Position numbers and translations under genes: made by a program. A stretch of DNA of 32,256 bases from Candidatus Woesearchaeota archaeon (lineage in GTDB: Archaea > Nanobdellota > Nanobdellia > SCGC-AAA011-G17 > GW2011-AR20). The notes beneath the pieces are model-generated. The model saw nothing but the letters and a program-made list of their open reading frames with translations. It made no database searches and was not told the origin of the DNA. The stretch is from NCBI GenBank assembly GCA_018302885.1, contig JAGVZC010000005.1:1-32256 (forward strand). Direction: 5' to 3'. This document shows positions 1-8,127 of this stretch, in pieces; the first letter of the stretch is position 1, and the number at the start of each line of letters is the position of its first letter.

Positions 1-372
1 CAATGCCAAAACTCTTTTGAAAACTTCTACCTGTTTATCCAGATGAATTTCATCAGAACGATTAAAATCCTCAGAACTTTTATCCAAACCAATTTCTCCA
101 ACTGCAATTATGTTGTCTTTATTTTTTTTAATGAAATTAATTTCCTCATCTAATTGCTTTTCATTCAATTTTATTGCATGCAGCGGATACAGACCCAAAG
201 AAGATTTTACTATATTATACTTCCTTGAAATTTCAAGGGATCTTTTTGCATCTTCCATGTTTGTTGCTGAATCAACAACGGTCATGTTTAATTTTTCTGC
301 TCTCTTTACAACTGCATCTCTGTCTTCATCAAAATCCTTAAAATTCAAATGACAATGAACATCTACCAACAT
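1..372 (-). CDS. TatD-family metal-dependent hydrolase; N-terminal part only, gene runs off the left edge
   Basis: Absent from the ORF track because it is open at the window edge. Reverse translation from the ATG at 372 gives MLVDVHCHLNFKDFDEDRDAVVKR (HxH metal motif) and further on IAVGEIGLDKSSEDF (TatD hallmark GEIGLD). The listed + ORF 110..352 is its antisense shadow. Confidence 0.75.
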   Translation of the reverse strand, partial: MLVDVHCHLNFKDFDEDRDAVVKRAEKLNMTVVDSATNMEDAKRSLEISRKYNIVKSSLGLYPLHAIKLNEKQLDEEINFIKKNKDNIIAVGEIGLDKSSEDFNRSDEIHLDKQVEVFKRVLAL

Positions 373-373
373 T

Positions 374-1528
374 TTATATTATCAGTGAGAACAACCAGTT
401 TAATAAGTTTATCAAATAAGGCAACAGGTTAATTATTATCAGTCCCAAGACAAAGAAGCTGATATATTTCCATATCTTTTTTATTTTATTTGCATCTTTA
501 ATAATAAAGGACAAACCAAGCGGAAGCATTCTCCCCCCGTCAACAGGACCTAAAGGCAGCAGATTAAACAATCCAACGCCAAGCGATATCAACCACAACC
601 ATTTGAATAATTCAAAGAACCAGCTGAAAACAGAAGTTCCAATATTTTTATTTTTATAATCCTGAAGTTGAATTGTCTGTATACCTATTACATTAATATC
701 ATTTTCTTTTTTTGGTGTTACTGAATAATCTCCCTTGTCAGTGTTAAGAACAAATTCATCTTCACTGTTTTTTATGAAATCCAAAAGCTCATTTGAAGAT
801 TTTATCTCGTTATCATTTATTCCGGTTATTATAGAACCTATTTCAACTCCGGAAATATTAGCCGGATATCCATCCATAACTCCAGCGACGTAAAGTCCTG
901 TTGGTTCAACCAAGGACTGTTGCATTGGTGAAAATACAAACAATAAAATTAAAAATATCAGGAAAGCAAGAATAATATTTGAAAAAGGGCCTGCAGAAAG
1001 TATAGACAATTGCGCTTTCCTTGATTTCCTTGCCGTCTGCTTTTCATCAGGTTCGACAAACGCAGCAGGTATTGGACCAAGAAATGCAAATCCAGAAGAT
1101 TTAATTTTAATGTTATTTAATCTTGCATAGATTCCATGGCTGAATTCATGAACCAATGCGATTATGAAAATAATTATTATCCAATGCCAGAAACTTAAAA
1201 CAGGTAATAAGGGAGAAACTTTTATTCCGGGAAGAACAGGAACCAATCCCGGTGCTGATGTTGGTTGTATTATTAATTTAAAAGTCATCTGAACAAGCAA
1301 TAAAAACATCATTATCATTCCAAGAAAACCAGTTATTATTCCTATGATCCCAATTACATTTAATGATTTAGGAGAGAACTTTGATAATTTATCCATGAAT
1401 TTCAAACCAAATTTTGTTCTGTAAAGAAAAAATATTTTTCCCTGAACTTCAAATTTCTTTTTATGTGTCAAATAAAAGATATAAACTAGAAAAAAGAAAA
1501 CAAGCAATAAAATTAAATCCCAATTCAT
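374..1528 (-). CDS. Site-2 protease family (peptidase M50) membrane metalloprotease with an inserted PDZ-like segment
   Basis: HEFSHG (HExxH) lies in a hydrophobic helix and NLLPLGPVDGG lies near the C-terminus. There are many TM helices. Its start overlaps the stop of the upstream rpl40e (ATGA). Confidence 0.85.
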   Translation of the reverse strand: MNWDLILLLVFFFLVYIFYLTHKKKFEVQGKIFFLYRTKFGLKFMDKLSKFSPKSLNVIGIIGIITGFLGMIMMFLLLVQMTFKLIIQPTSAPGLVPVLPGIKVSPLLPVLSFWHWIIIIFIIALVHEFSHGIYARLNNIKIKSSGFAFLGPIPAAFVEPDEKQTARKSRKAQLSILSAGPFSNIILAFLIFLILLFVFSPMQQSLVEPTGLYVAGVMDGYPANISGVEIGSIITGINDNEIKSSNELLDFIKNSEDEFVLNTDKGDYSVTPKKENDINVIGIQTIQLQDYKNKNIGTSVFSWFFELFKWLWLISLGVGLFNLLPLGPVDGGRMLPLGLSFIIKDANKIKKIWKYISFFVLGLIIINLLPYLINLLNWLFSLII

Positions 1529-1686
1529 TTTTTTCTTACAGGCCTTAAAGCTTTACTTCCGCATTTTCTGCATGAAACCTTTTTCTGAATAATTTTCTGT
1601 GGCTGAGCTCTTTGTTTTGTCTTGCATTTTCTGCAAACAAACATATTCTTATACAATCTTTCATTAGCTTCTGGGAATTTTACCAT
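1525..1686 (-). CDS. rpl40e: Ribosomal protein eL40 (L40e), 53 aa
   Basis: Too short for the ORF track; I translated it by hand as MVKFPEANERLYKNMFVCRKCKTKQRAQPQKIIQKKVSCRKCGSKALRPVRKK. It shows the CxxC...CxxC zinc ribbon and basic tail typical of archaeal L40e. It abuts the aIF5A stop codon. Confidence 0.8.
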   Translation of the reverse strand: MVKFPEANERLYKNMFVCRKCKTKQRAQPQKIIQKKVSCRKCGSKALRPVRKK

Positions 1687-2394
1687 TTATTTCACCTGTT
1701 TCATAACTTTTTCACCAAGAATCTTCCAGTAAATAATTTCTTTACCTTCGTGAATCTGGGATTTTAATTCATCCGGTATTTTCAAATCAAAGTTTTCATA
1801 TGTTTCCATTTCCATCAAGTTTGCGACATGACCTGATATTGACAATACCTGGGCTGAATGTTTTGTGACAATCGGAACATCAACTTTATCATGTGTTGGA
1901 GCAACAAATATTTTTTTCTGACTGTCAATCATTCCAATGGCTTCAACTCTTGCCTTTGCATGTCCGTGCTTACCTGTCTTTGATGTCTGAACATCCTTAA
2001 CAATACAAGCTATGCCATCAATGATCACATAATTCCCTTTTTTTAAGGAACCAACATTTGTTTGTTTCTTGTCACCCTCATCCATGAAAGAGAAAGAATT
2101 AATATAATTTATAAAGATTTCTAAAACTTCTTCCAATTCCTTAAGAACATCCTCTGGCTTTTTCTCTGTAGTTTTCAATAATCTTTCATTCAAATCCCTT
2201 ATAGCACCCTCAAGATATTTTATCTTTAACTCCAGATTAAACAAATGTTTTGTCATGTTTGCAACTGCAATCCACAATTGCGCATCTGCTTTGTTCTTTG
2301 CTTGAGAATAAGCATCTTTGAATTTAGCTGTCTCTTTTACCTGCAAGTCCAAATAATCTTTTATTATTGGATCAACATTTTTTCTCCATGGCAT
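1687..2394 (-). CDS. eif5a: Translation initiation factor 5A (aIF5A); canonical core begins at ATG 2085, preceded in frame by a 103-codon helical extension starting at ATG 2394
   Basis: The core MDEGDKKQTNVGSLKKGNYVIIDGIACIVKDVQTSKTGKHGHAKARVEAIG carries the hypusine-loop motif STSKTGKHGHAK. No stop codon separates it from MPWRKNVDPIIKDYLDLQ... The longest ORF start (2514) would overlap the upstream gene by about 120 nt, so I reject it. Confidence 0.85.
   Translation of the reverse strand: MPWRKNVDPIIKDYLDLQVKETAKFKDAYSQAKNKADAQLWIAVANMTKHLFNLELKIKYLEGAIRDLNERLLKTTEKKPEDVLKELEEVLEIFINYINSFSFMDEGDKKQTNVGSLKKGNYVIIDGIACIVKDVQTSKTGKHGHAKARVEAIGMIDSQKKIFVAPTHDKVDVPIVTKHSAQVLSISGHVANLMEMETYENFDLKIPDELKSQIHEGKEIIYWKILGEKVMKQVK
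2108..2115 (-). promoter_or_regulatory. TATA-like box TTTATAAA inside the extension, centred about 26 nt upstream of the canonical aIF5A ATG (2085)
   Basis: It has the same motif and spacing as the promoters of ftsZ, secE, ZPR1, FKBP and others in this window. In AT-rich DNA it could also occur by chance. Confidence 0.35.
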
Positions 2395-2395
2395 T

Positions 2396-3094
2396 TTAAA
2401 TATCCTCCAAAAATTTCGCGCGCACCCCAAGACAACCATGCGAGCCGGACGGATTCCCATTGTAATACAGGTCAGCCCTGCCAGGATTGGCAAAGAGCCC
2501 AGCAACGTTTTCATCTACTGGGGAAAATAGTAAAATATTTTTACCTTCAAAGTATTTTTTGATTTTTGATTTTTTTTCGGGAAACCCCTGAGAATTAAAT
2601 GAATCTAAATCCACAAAAACACTATTTTCCATAACACAATTTTCCAAAGGTTTTGAGTATAGTGGCCTCAAATTTCCATTTTCATCAATTATATGATTGT
2701 GGTTTACTATTAATCCCTTTTTTCCGGAACTAAATCTTGTGCTTGTGTACTCCCAACAATTTGTTAGAGCAACTCTTTTTATTTCTTTTAATTTATTAGG
2801 ACTTATTTCATTTTTATTTCCATCATAAACTGGTTTATCTGAAGACAGCAAAATATGCAGATTTAACCTATCTACTGAAGAAGGCACCGCTCTTTTATAT
2901 TCGGACAGAACTTTATGAAAATCCACCCAATTTAAATTAAAAATAAATGGAAAATCTGTTAAAATTAATTGTTTCTTTTCTCCTATTGCAATATCCTCTT
3001 CAGGTATACAGATGTAATTGGATTTATCTGCAAGGATTCTTTTAATCCTCTTGTCTACGGAAGGTTCATACTTAGGATTTAGGATAATGTTCAT
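2396..3094 (-). CDS. Hypothetical protein (232 aa), translationally abutted to the aIF5A ORF
   Basis: Long ORF with coding-like composition. Its stop lies 1 nt before the 2394 start. I recognise no motif. Confidence 0.5.
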   Translation of the reverse strand: MNIILNPKYEPSVDKRIKRILADKSNYICIPEEDIAIGEKKQLILTDFPFIFNLNWVDFHKVLSEYKRAVPSSVDRLNLHILLSSDKPVYDGNKNEISPNKLKEIKRVALTNCWEYTSTRFSSGKKGLIVNHNHIIDENGNLRPLYSKPLENCVMENSVFVDLDSFNSQGFPEKKSKIKKYFEGKNILLFSPVDENVAGLFANPGRADLYYNGNPSGSHGCLGVRAKFLEDI

Positions 3095-3155
3095 TTTGTT
3101 TAGGAAAGTTGTAATTATTTATAAAAGTTTCCATTTTGAAGTGGTTATAAAAACA

Positions 3156-3163
3156 TTTATATA
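3156..3163 (+). promoter_or_regulatory. TATA box TTTATATA, about 26 nt upstream of the FKBP start codon (leaderless)
   Basis: Motif plus spacing to the ATG at 3186. Confidence 0.5.
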
Positions 3164-3185
3164 AACAACAAAAATTCAATTTAAA

Positions 3186-3821
3186 ATGTTAAATGAAAAT
3201 GATTTCATAGAAATTGATTACATAGCAAGAATCAAGGATAATGGCATATTTGATTTGACTAATAAAGAGATTGCAAAAGAAAATAATATCTATAATAAAG
3301 ATTTCAAATACAAGCCAGTAATTATCTGCTTAGGAAAGGGGGATATAATAAAAGGGTTGGACAGTAAAATAATAGGGAAAGACATAGGAAAATATACAAT
3401 AGAATTAAATCCTGAAGAGGGTTTTGGAAAAAAAGACGGTAAATTAATAAAATTAGTGCCAACAAAGGAGTTTACAAAGCAAAACATAAAACCCATGCCG
3501 GGCATGCAGTTGAATCTTGATGGCTTCATTGGAAGAATTATTTCCGTAACTGGCGGAAGAACATTGGTTGATTTCAACAATCCATTATCAGGAAAAAATC
3601 TGGTTTATGAAATTGAGATAAAAAGAAAGATTACAGACAAAAAAGAACAATTGGAAGGCTTTCTGGACATTTTATTCAAGGATTACAAATTAGAATTAAA
3701 GGATGATGAAGCAGTAATTGATACCAAGATAAGCAAAGAAATGGAAGAAAGCCTAAAAAAGGAAATTCTTGAGAGAGTAAAAATCAAAAAAGTGACTTTT
3801 AAAATAAATAATGAAAAATAA
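3186..3821 (+). CDS. FKBP-type peptidyl-prolyl cis-trans isomerase (archaeal long type with insert-in-flap and C-terminal domain)
   Basis: Contains DYIARIKDNGIFDLT, VIICLGKGDIIKGLDSKIIGK and LVDFNNPLSGKNLVYEIEI, which are FKBP/SlyD-like blocks. Confidence 0.8.
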   Translation: MLNENDFIEIDYIARIKDNGIFDLTNKEIAKENNIYNKDFKYKPVIICLGKGDIIKGLDSKIIGKDIGKYTIELNPEEGFGKKDGKLIKLVPTKEFTKQNIKPMPGMQLNLDGFIGRIISVTGGRTLVDFNNPLSGKNLVYEIEIKRKITDKKEQLEGFLDILFKDYKLELKDDEAVIDTKISKEMEESLKKEILERVKIKKVTFKINNEK

Positions 3822-3840
3822 TCACTTTAGGATAAATATC

Positions 3841-3848
3841 TTTAAATA
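3841..3848 (+). promoter_or_regulatory. TATA box TTTAAATA, about 26 nt upstream of the ftsZ ATG
   Basis: Motif plus spacing to 3871. Confidence 0.5.
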
Positions 3849-3870
3849 ATAGTTTAAGAATTTTTAAGCT

Positions 3871-4980
3871 ATGGAATCTATGATACGCAGAGCAACTTCT
3901 AATCTTAGTTTCAAAAAAGAAGTTCAAAAGACTTCTGCTATTGATGAAGAGCTTGAACAATTGCTTTCTAAACAAAAAGCCAAAATAAAAGTTGTTGGAG
4001 CTGGCGGTGCTGGCAATAATACCATCAACAGAATGACTGAAATAGGAATTACTGGCGCTGAGACAATAGCAATCAACACAGATGCTCAGGATTTATTATA
4101 TACAAATGCTGATGTTAAAATTCTAATTGGGAAAGAAGTGACAGGTGGTTTAGGGGCCGGTTCTATTCCCAAAGTAGGTGAGGAGGCTGCAAGAGAATCT
4201 GAAACTGACATAAAAAAAGCAATAACTGGTGCTGATATGGTGTTTATTACATGCGGTCTTGGCGGAGGAACGGGTACTGGAAGCGCTCCAATTGTGGCAG
4301 AGATTGCAAAGAAGCAGAACTGCCTTACAGTTGGTGTTGTAACTATCCCCTTTTCCATGGAAGGCCAAAGAAGATATGAGAATGCAATAATCGGCCTTGA
4401 AAAATTAGAAAATATCGTTGATACTTTAATTGTAATTCCAAACGACAAGCTATTGGAGTTGGCTCCTGACTTGCCATTGCATACTGCATTCAAGATTGCA
4501 GATGAAATATTGACAAATGCTGTAAAAGGAATTGCTGAATTGGTTACAAAAGCTGGTTTGGTTAACCTTGACTTTGCAGATATCAAGACAGTAATGTCAA
4601 ATGGCGGAGTTGCAATGATCGGCGTTGGTGAATCAGACACAGCAAACAGGGCTGTTGAAGCTGTTGAAAAAGCAATAAACAATCCGATACTGGATGTTGA
4701 TATCTCCGGAGCAAATGGCGCATTAATAAATGTTGCCGGCGGTCCAGACATGACTTTGGATGAAGCAAGGAAAGTTGTTGAAACAATCTCAACAAAACTT
4801 GACGAGGATGCAAGGATAATCTGGGGAGCAAGCATAAGCGAGGATCTTGAAAATACAATAAGAACAATGCTGATAGTTACTGGTGTTAGTTCTCCGCAGA
4901 TATTTGGTCCAAGAAGATCTACTTCTACAAGAAGGAAGAAAGAAATTGAGAATGAATTAGGAATAGAGTTTGTTGATTAA
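3871..4980 (+). CDS. ftsZ: Cell division GTPase FtsZ
   Basis: Contains [13 protein letters not shown] and the tubulin signature [10 protein letters not shown], plus NTDAQ and a basic C-terminal tail. Confidence 0.95.
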   Translation: MESMIRRATSNLSFKKEVQKTSAIDEELEQLLSKQKAKIKVVGAGGAGNNTINRMTEIGITGAETIAINTDAQDLLYTNADVKILIGKEVTGGLGAGSIPKVGEEAARESETDIKKAITGADMVFITCGLGGGTGTGSAPIVAEIAKKQNCLTVGVVTIPFSMEGQRRYENAIIGLEKLENIVDTLIVIPNDKLLELAPDLPLHTAFKIADEILTNAVKGIAELVTKAGLVNLDFADIKTVMSNGGVAMIGVGESDTANRAVEAVEKAINNPILDVDISGANGALINVAGGPDMTLDEARKVVETISTKLDEDARIIWGASISEDLENTIRTMLIVTGVSSPQIFGPRRSTSTRRKKEIENELGIEFVD

Positions 4981-5077
4981 AATACTTTTTGATTATGTTG
5001 AAGAAAGATTAAAACAAGCAGGAATAGTTGCCCAGAATTATGCAAGTTCAGAAGTTAGAATTGTTAATTTAATAACA

Positions 5078-5085
5078 TTTATAAA
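5078..5085 (+). promoter_or_regulatory. TATA box TTTATAAA, about 27 nt upstream of the secE ATG
   Basis: Motif plus spacing to 5109. Confidence 0.5.
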
Positions 5086-5108
5086 TACTATTTTTATTTC
5101 TTAAAATA

Positions 5109-5291
5109 ATGATTAAGAATCTATTCATAAAATTAAAAACTTTCTTCATAGAAAGCAAAAGAGTTTTTAAGATAACAAAGAAACCAAGCAACGAAGAATT
5201 TAAAACCATTGTAAAAGTAACTGCAATAGGAACAGCCATAATTGGTCTGTTAGGGGCAATGATACAAATAGGATATCATTTGTTAAGATGA
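5109..5291 (+). CDS. secE: Protein translocase subunit SecE / Sec61-gamma
   Basis: A 60-aa protein with KKPSNEEFKTIVKVTAIGTAIIGLLGAMI, a single C-terminal TM helix. It has the canonical position immediately upstream of spt5-rpl11. Confidence 0.75.
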   Translation: MIKNLFIKLKTFFIESKRVFKITKKPSNEEFKTIVKVTAIGTAIIGLLGAMIQIGYHLLR

Positions 5292-5743
5292 GTGAAATAT
5301 ATACATTAAAAACAACTGCAAACAGGGAAGAACAGGTACTTGACTTTGTAGTCAATAACATAAAGAAAAAAGGCCTTAATGTTTATTCTGTCTTTCATCC
5401 ACACGGAATGAGAGGATATATTTTTGTTGAAGCTGAAACAAAGGATGATGCACAAAAATCATATCAGGGAGTTCCATATGCGAAAGGGTTATTAAGAGCT
5501 CCTGTAAATTATCAGGAAGTTGAGCATATGCTTGAACAAGCCAAAGCCCAGGTTAATATTCAAAACAGGGACATTGTAGAAATAATATCTGGCCCGTTCA
5601 AGGGAGAGAAAGCAAGAGTTACAAGAATAGAAGAGCAAAAAGAAGAAATTATTCTGGAATTACTTGAATCAGCAGTTCCAATCCCAATAACTGTGAAGTT
5701 AGATTCTGTAAAGGTCATAAGAAGAGATAAAGAAGATGAGTAA
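5288..5743 (+). CDS. spt5: Transcription elongation factor Spt5 (archaeal NusG)
   Basis: An NGN-like N-terminus (RGYIFVEAE) and a KOW motif (GPFKGEKARVTRI). It lies in secE-spt5-rpl11 synteny. Confidence 0.85.
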   Translation: MSEIYTLKTTANREEQVLDFVVNNIKKKGLNVYSVFHPHGMRGYIFVEAETKDDAQKSYQGVPYAKGLLRAPVNYQEVEHMLEQAKAQVNIQNRDIVEIISGPFKGEKARVTRIEEQKEEIILELLESAVPIPITVKLDSVKVIRRDKEDE

Positions 5744-6407
5744 AAAAGAAACAATTGAAATGCTTGTAGATGGCGGAAAAGCAAAAGCAGATGCTTCAGT
5801 TGCACAAAAATTAGGACCAATGAAAATTAATGTCCAGGAAGTTCTTAAGGTTGTCAATGAAAAGACAAGCTCATTTAATGGAATGAAGGTTCCTGTTAAA
5901 TTAATAGTTGATACTGAAACAAAAGAGTTTGAGATAAGCATTGGCACTCCTCCAATCTCTGAATTAATCAAAAAGGAATTAGAATTGCAAAAAGGAAGTT
6001 CATTTCCAAACAAAGACAAAGTAGCAAACATCGGGATTGAACAAGTCATTAAGATTGCAAAGATGAAAGAATCAAGCATTTTGCATAATTCCATGAAGTC
6101 TGTTGTTAAAACCGTCATAGGAAGCTGCAATGCCTTGGGAATTCTAGTTGAGGGTGAAGAAGCAAGAGACATCAATAAAGAAATAGACAACGGAAAATAT
6201 GACAAGGAAATTAAAGAAGAAAGAAAAGAAGTCAGTGAAGACAAAAAGAAAAGACTGCAAACAGAACTTGAACAATTCAGAAAGAAGTATGCTGGTGACA
6301 TTGAAATTTTGAAGGCTAAGGTAAAAGAAAAAGCCAAGGCTGCAACAGAAAGGAAAGAGAAGGAAGGCGGAGAGAAGAAGGAAGAGACTGCAGCCCAGAA
6401 AAAATAG
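5736..6407 (+). CDS. rpl11: Ribosomal protein uL11 with a K/E-rich C-terminal extension of about 60 aa
   Basis: Contains VDGGKAKADASVAQKLGPMKINV, VPVKLIVD and ISIGTPPISELIKKE, ending the normal fold near EIDNGKYD. It then continues with KEIKEERKEVSEDKKKRLQ...KEKEGGEKKEETAAQKK. Confidence 0.9.
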   Translation: MSKKETIEMLVDGGKAKADASVAQKLGPMKINVQEVLKVVNEKTSSFNGMKVPVKLIVDTETKEFEISIGTPPISELIKKELELQKGSSFPNKDKVANIGIEQVIKIAKMKESSILHNSMKSVVKTVIGSCNALGILVEGEEARDINKEIDNGKYDKEIKEERKEVSEDKKKRLQTELEQFRKKYAGDIEILKAKVKEKAKAATERKEKEGGEKKEETAAQKK

Positions 6408-6426
6408 GAAAATTTATTATTTTCTT

Positions 6427-7296
6427 TCAATAAATTCTACTCTTCATTCCATCCAATAAGTTAAATGTTTTCAAAAGAGAGACCCCCCTCCCTAAATTAT
6501 ATTTTCCATCAAAATTATGATAACTTTTATTTGCTAAATGATATAATTGTAATATTCCATTTGGGTTCATTTTAAATATTTTTAAGATCACTAGTTCTTC
6601 TTTTGTTATTTCCAAACCCCTTTGTATTCCATCAAAATCAAAGGTTTCATCCAATAAAACTTCATCTTTTTCTTGATACACAAAAGCAGGAAATTGTTCT
6701 TTCCTTTTATCTCTAGTTTCTAAACCAATTATAATGCTTACTGGGTTATATTTAGAGGTTCTTCTGTTGATATTAGTACTTTTTAGGTCTGACTTTGAAG
6801 GCCTGGTTCTTTCAATCTCAATATCCTCAAATCCATCTTCAATAAAGTTAAAAAGTGGGTGAGTATGAAACTCAAGTATCATTTGATGACTTGGATCACA
6901 AGATAGATTGTCTTTATCTTCATAATGTTTAAAATAATCCATTCTGGTTTTTAATCCTTTGGATATTGGGAAAGGCATGCTTGATGTTATATTTCTCTTT
7001 TTAAGTTCATAATGTAGTTTACCCAATTCAAGAACATTTAATTCTCTAAGTTCTCTCCCAAACCATTTTCTAGACATCTCTTTTTCTCTTGCATGCCCTA
7101 TTAGTTTATCTTTGCAACCTATAATAATATCATCAAAAAAAATACCAACTTCAGAATCATAGAACATATGAAATCCAGTTTCAAATCCGGTTTCTTGAGT
7201 TATTCTTATAGATTTATCTACTCCAGCTACGAATGCTTCATTATTTAATTCTGCCAAGTAATCTTCTATAGTTTTAAAATTTTTTTGTCTTTCCAT
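6427..7296 (-). CDS. Hypothetical protein, possibly a divergent JAB/MPN (JAMM) metalloprotease-like domain
   Basis: QETGFETGF (candidate Glu), EFHTHP (HxH) and PSKSD (SxxD) occur in JAMM order. The HxH-to-SxxD spacer is much longer than canonical, so the call is weak. Confidence 0.35.
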   Translation of the reverse strand: MERQKNFKTIEDYLAELNNEAFVAGVDKSIRITQETGFETGFHMFYDSEVGIFFDDIIIGCKDKLIGHAREKEMSRKWFGRELRELNVLELGKLHYELKKRNITSSMPFPISKGLKTRMDYFKHYEDKDNLSCDPSHQMILEFHTHPLFNFIEDGFEDIEIERTRPSKSDLKSTNINRRTSKYNPVSIIIGLETRDKRKEQFPAFVYQEKDEVLLDETFDFDGIQRGLEITKEELVILKIFKMNPNGILQLYHLANKSYHNFDGKYNLGRGVSLLKTFNLLDGMKSRIY

Positions 7297-7378
7297 CTTA
7301 ACCTTTTTGTAATTTTAATTACTATTTAGTAATAGTTAATTATATATAAACTTTTGTTGTAATAAAACTTACGAAATA

Positions 7379-7386
7379 TTTATATA
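7379..7386 (+). promoter_or_regulatory. TATA box TTTATATA, about 25 nt upstream of the TrmB-like gene
   Basis: Motif plus spacing to the ATG at 7408. Confidence 0.45.
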
Positions 7387-7407
7387 CTATATTTATTAAT
7401 TAACATT

Positions 7408-8127
7408 ATGTATGAACAAGAATTAAATGAAATTGGACTAAGCAATAATGAGATAAAAATATATTTGGCTTTATTGAAATCGGGATTATTGAATCCCACC
7501 CAATTGGCAGAAAAAACAGGTCTGCATAGATCTTATGTTTATGACACCTTAGAAAGATTATTGGAAAAAGGAATAATAAATACCCTTCTAGTAAATAATA
7601 AAAAGAATTATCAGGCAGTTGACCCAAAAATACTAAGAGAAATATTTGAATTAAAAATTAAGCAATTAGATAGGATTATCCCAGAATTATCCTCATTATT
7701 TGAATCCAAAAATGAAGGGACAAAAATTGAGCTTCATAAAGGAAAGAATGTCTATCTGACATTAATCAAAGATTTGACTGCAAATTTGAGAAAAAATGAT
7801 GTGGTATTTATTATTGGCGCAAATGAAGAAGTGTTAGAAACTATTGAACCAATTTATCTTAAGCAGTATTTTAGCATAATAAAAGAAAAAAATGTAAAAG
7901 AAAGAGTAATAATTGCTGATGGAAGTAAACGGTTCAAAGAAAGAAATATAGAGTACAAAAATTTAAATAGGAATTATCTTGGGGATACCACAATTGTAAT
8001 TTATCAAAAGAAAGTATTCTTATTTACATGGGATGACCCTTATTATCTTATTTTAATTAACAGCAGAAAAATTGTTGAATCTTACAAAAAACAGTTTAAT
8101 TTATTATGGAAGATTGCTAAAAAATGA
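7408..8127 (+). CDS. TrmB-family winged-helix transcriptional regulator
   Basis: The N-terminus LSNNEIKIYLALLKSGLLNPTQLAEKTGLHRSYVYDTLERLLEKGII is typical of the TrmB HTH. A coiled linker and a C-terminal domain follow. Confidence 0.75.
   Translation: MYEQELNEIGLSNNEIKIYLALLKSGLLNPTQLAEKTGLHRSYVYDTLERLLEKGIINTLLVNNKKNYQAVDPKILREIFELKIKQLDRIIPELSSLFESKNEGTKIELHKGKNVYLTLIKDLTANLRKNDVVFIIGANEEVLETIEPIYLKQYFSIIKEKNVKERVIIADGSKRFKERNIEYKNLNRNYLGDTTIVIYQKKVFLFTWDDPYYLILINSRKIVESYKKQFNLLWKIAKK

Noticed and set aside
110-352. 80-aa + strand ORF at the left edge
   Set aside because: It is the antisense shadow of the TatD-family gene (HxH and GEIGLD motifs on the minus strand). It is low-complexity and hydrophobic.
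2395-2514. Longest-ORF start (MKTLLGSLPILAG...) for the aIF5A reading frame
   Set aside because: It would overlap the C-terminal 40 codons of the upstream 232-aa gene. The ATG at 2394 abuts that gene's stop, and the overlapped part shows no coding support of its own.
4086-4835. 249-aa minus-strand ORF, plus two shorter ones, inside ftsZ
   Set aside because: They are antisense to an unmistakable FtsZ and have Ser/Ala/Pro-rich low-complexity translations. These are typical shadow ORFs of a relatively GC-rich, Gly/Ala-rich gene.
5699-6430. 243-aa minus-strand ORF opposite rpl11
   Set aside because: It is the Ser/Phe/Leu-rich mirror of the K/E-rich L11 coding strand. L11 homology on the + strand is decisive.
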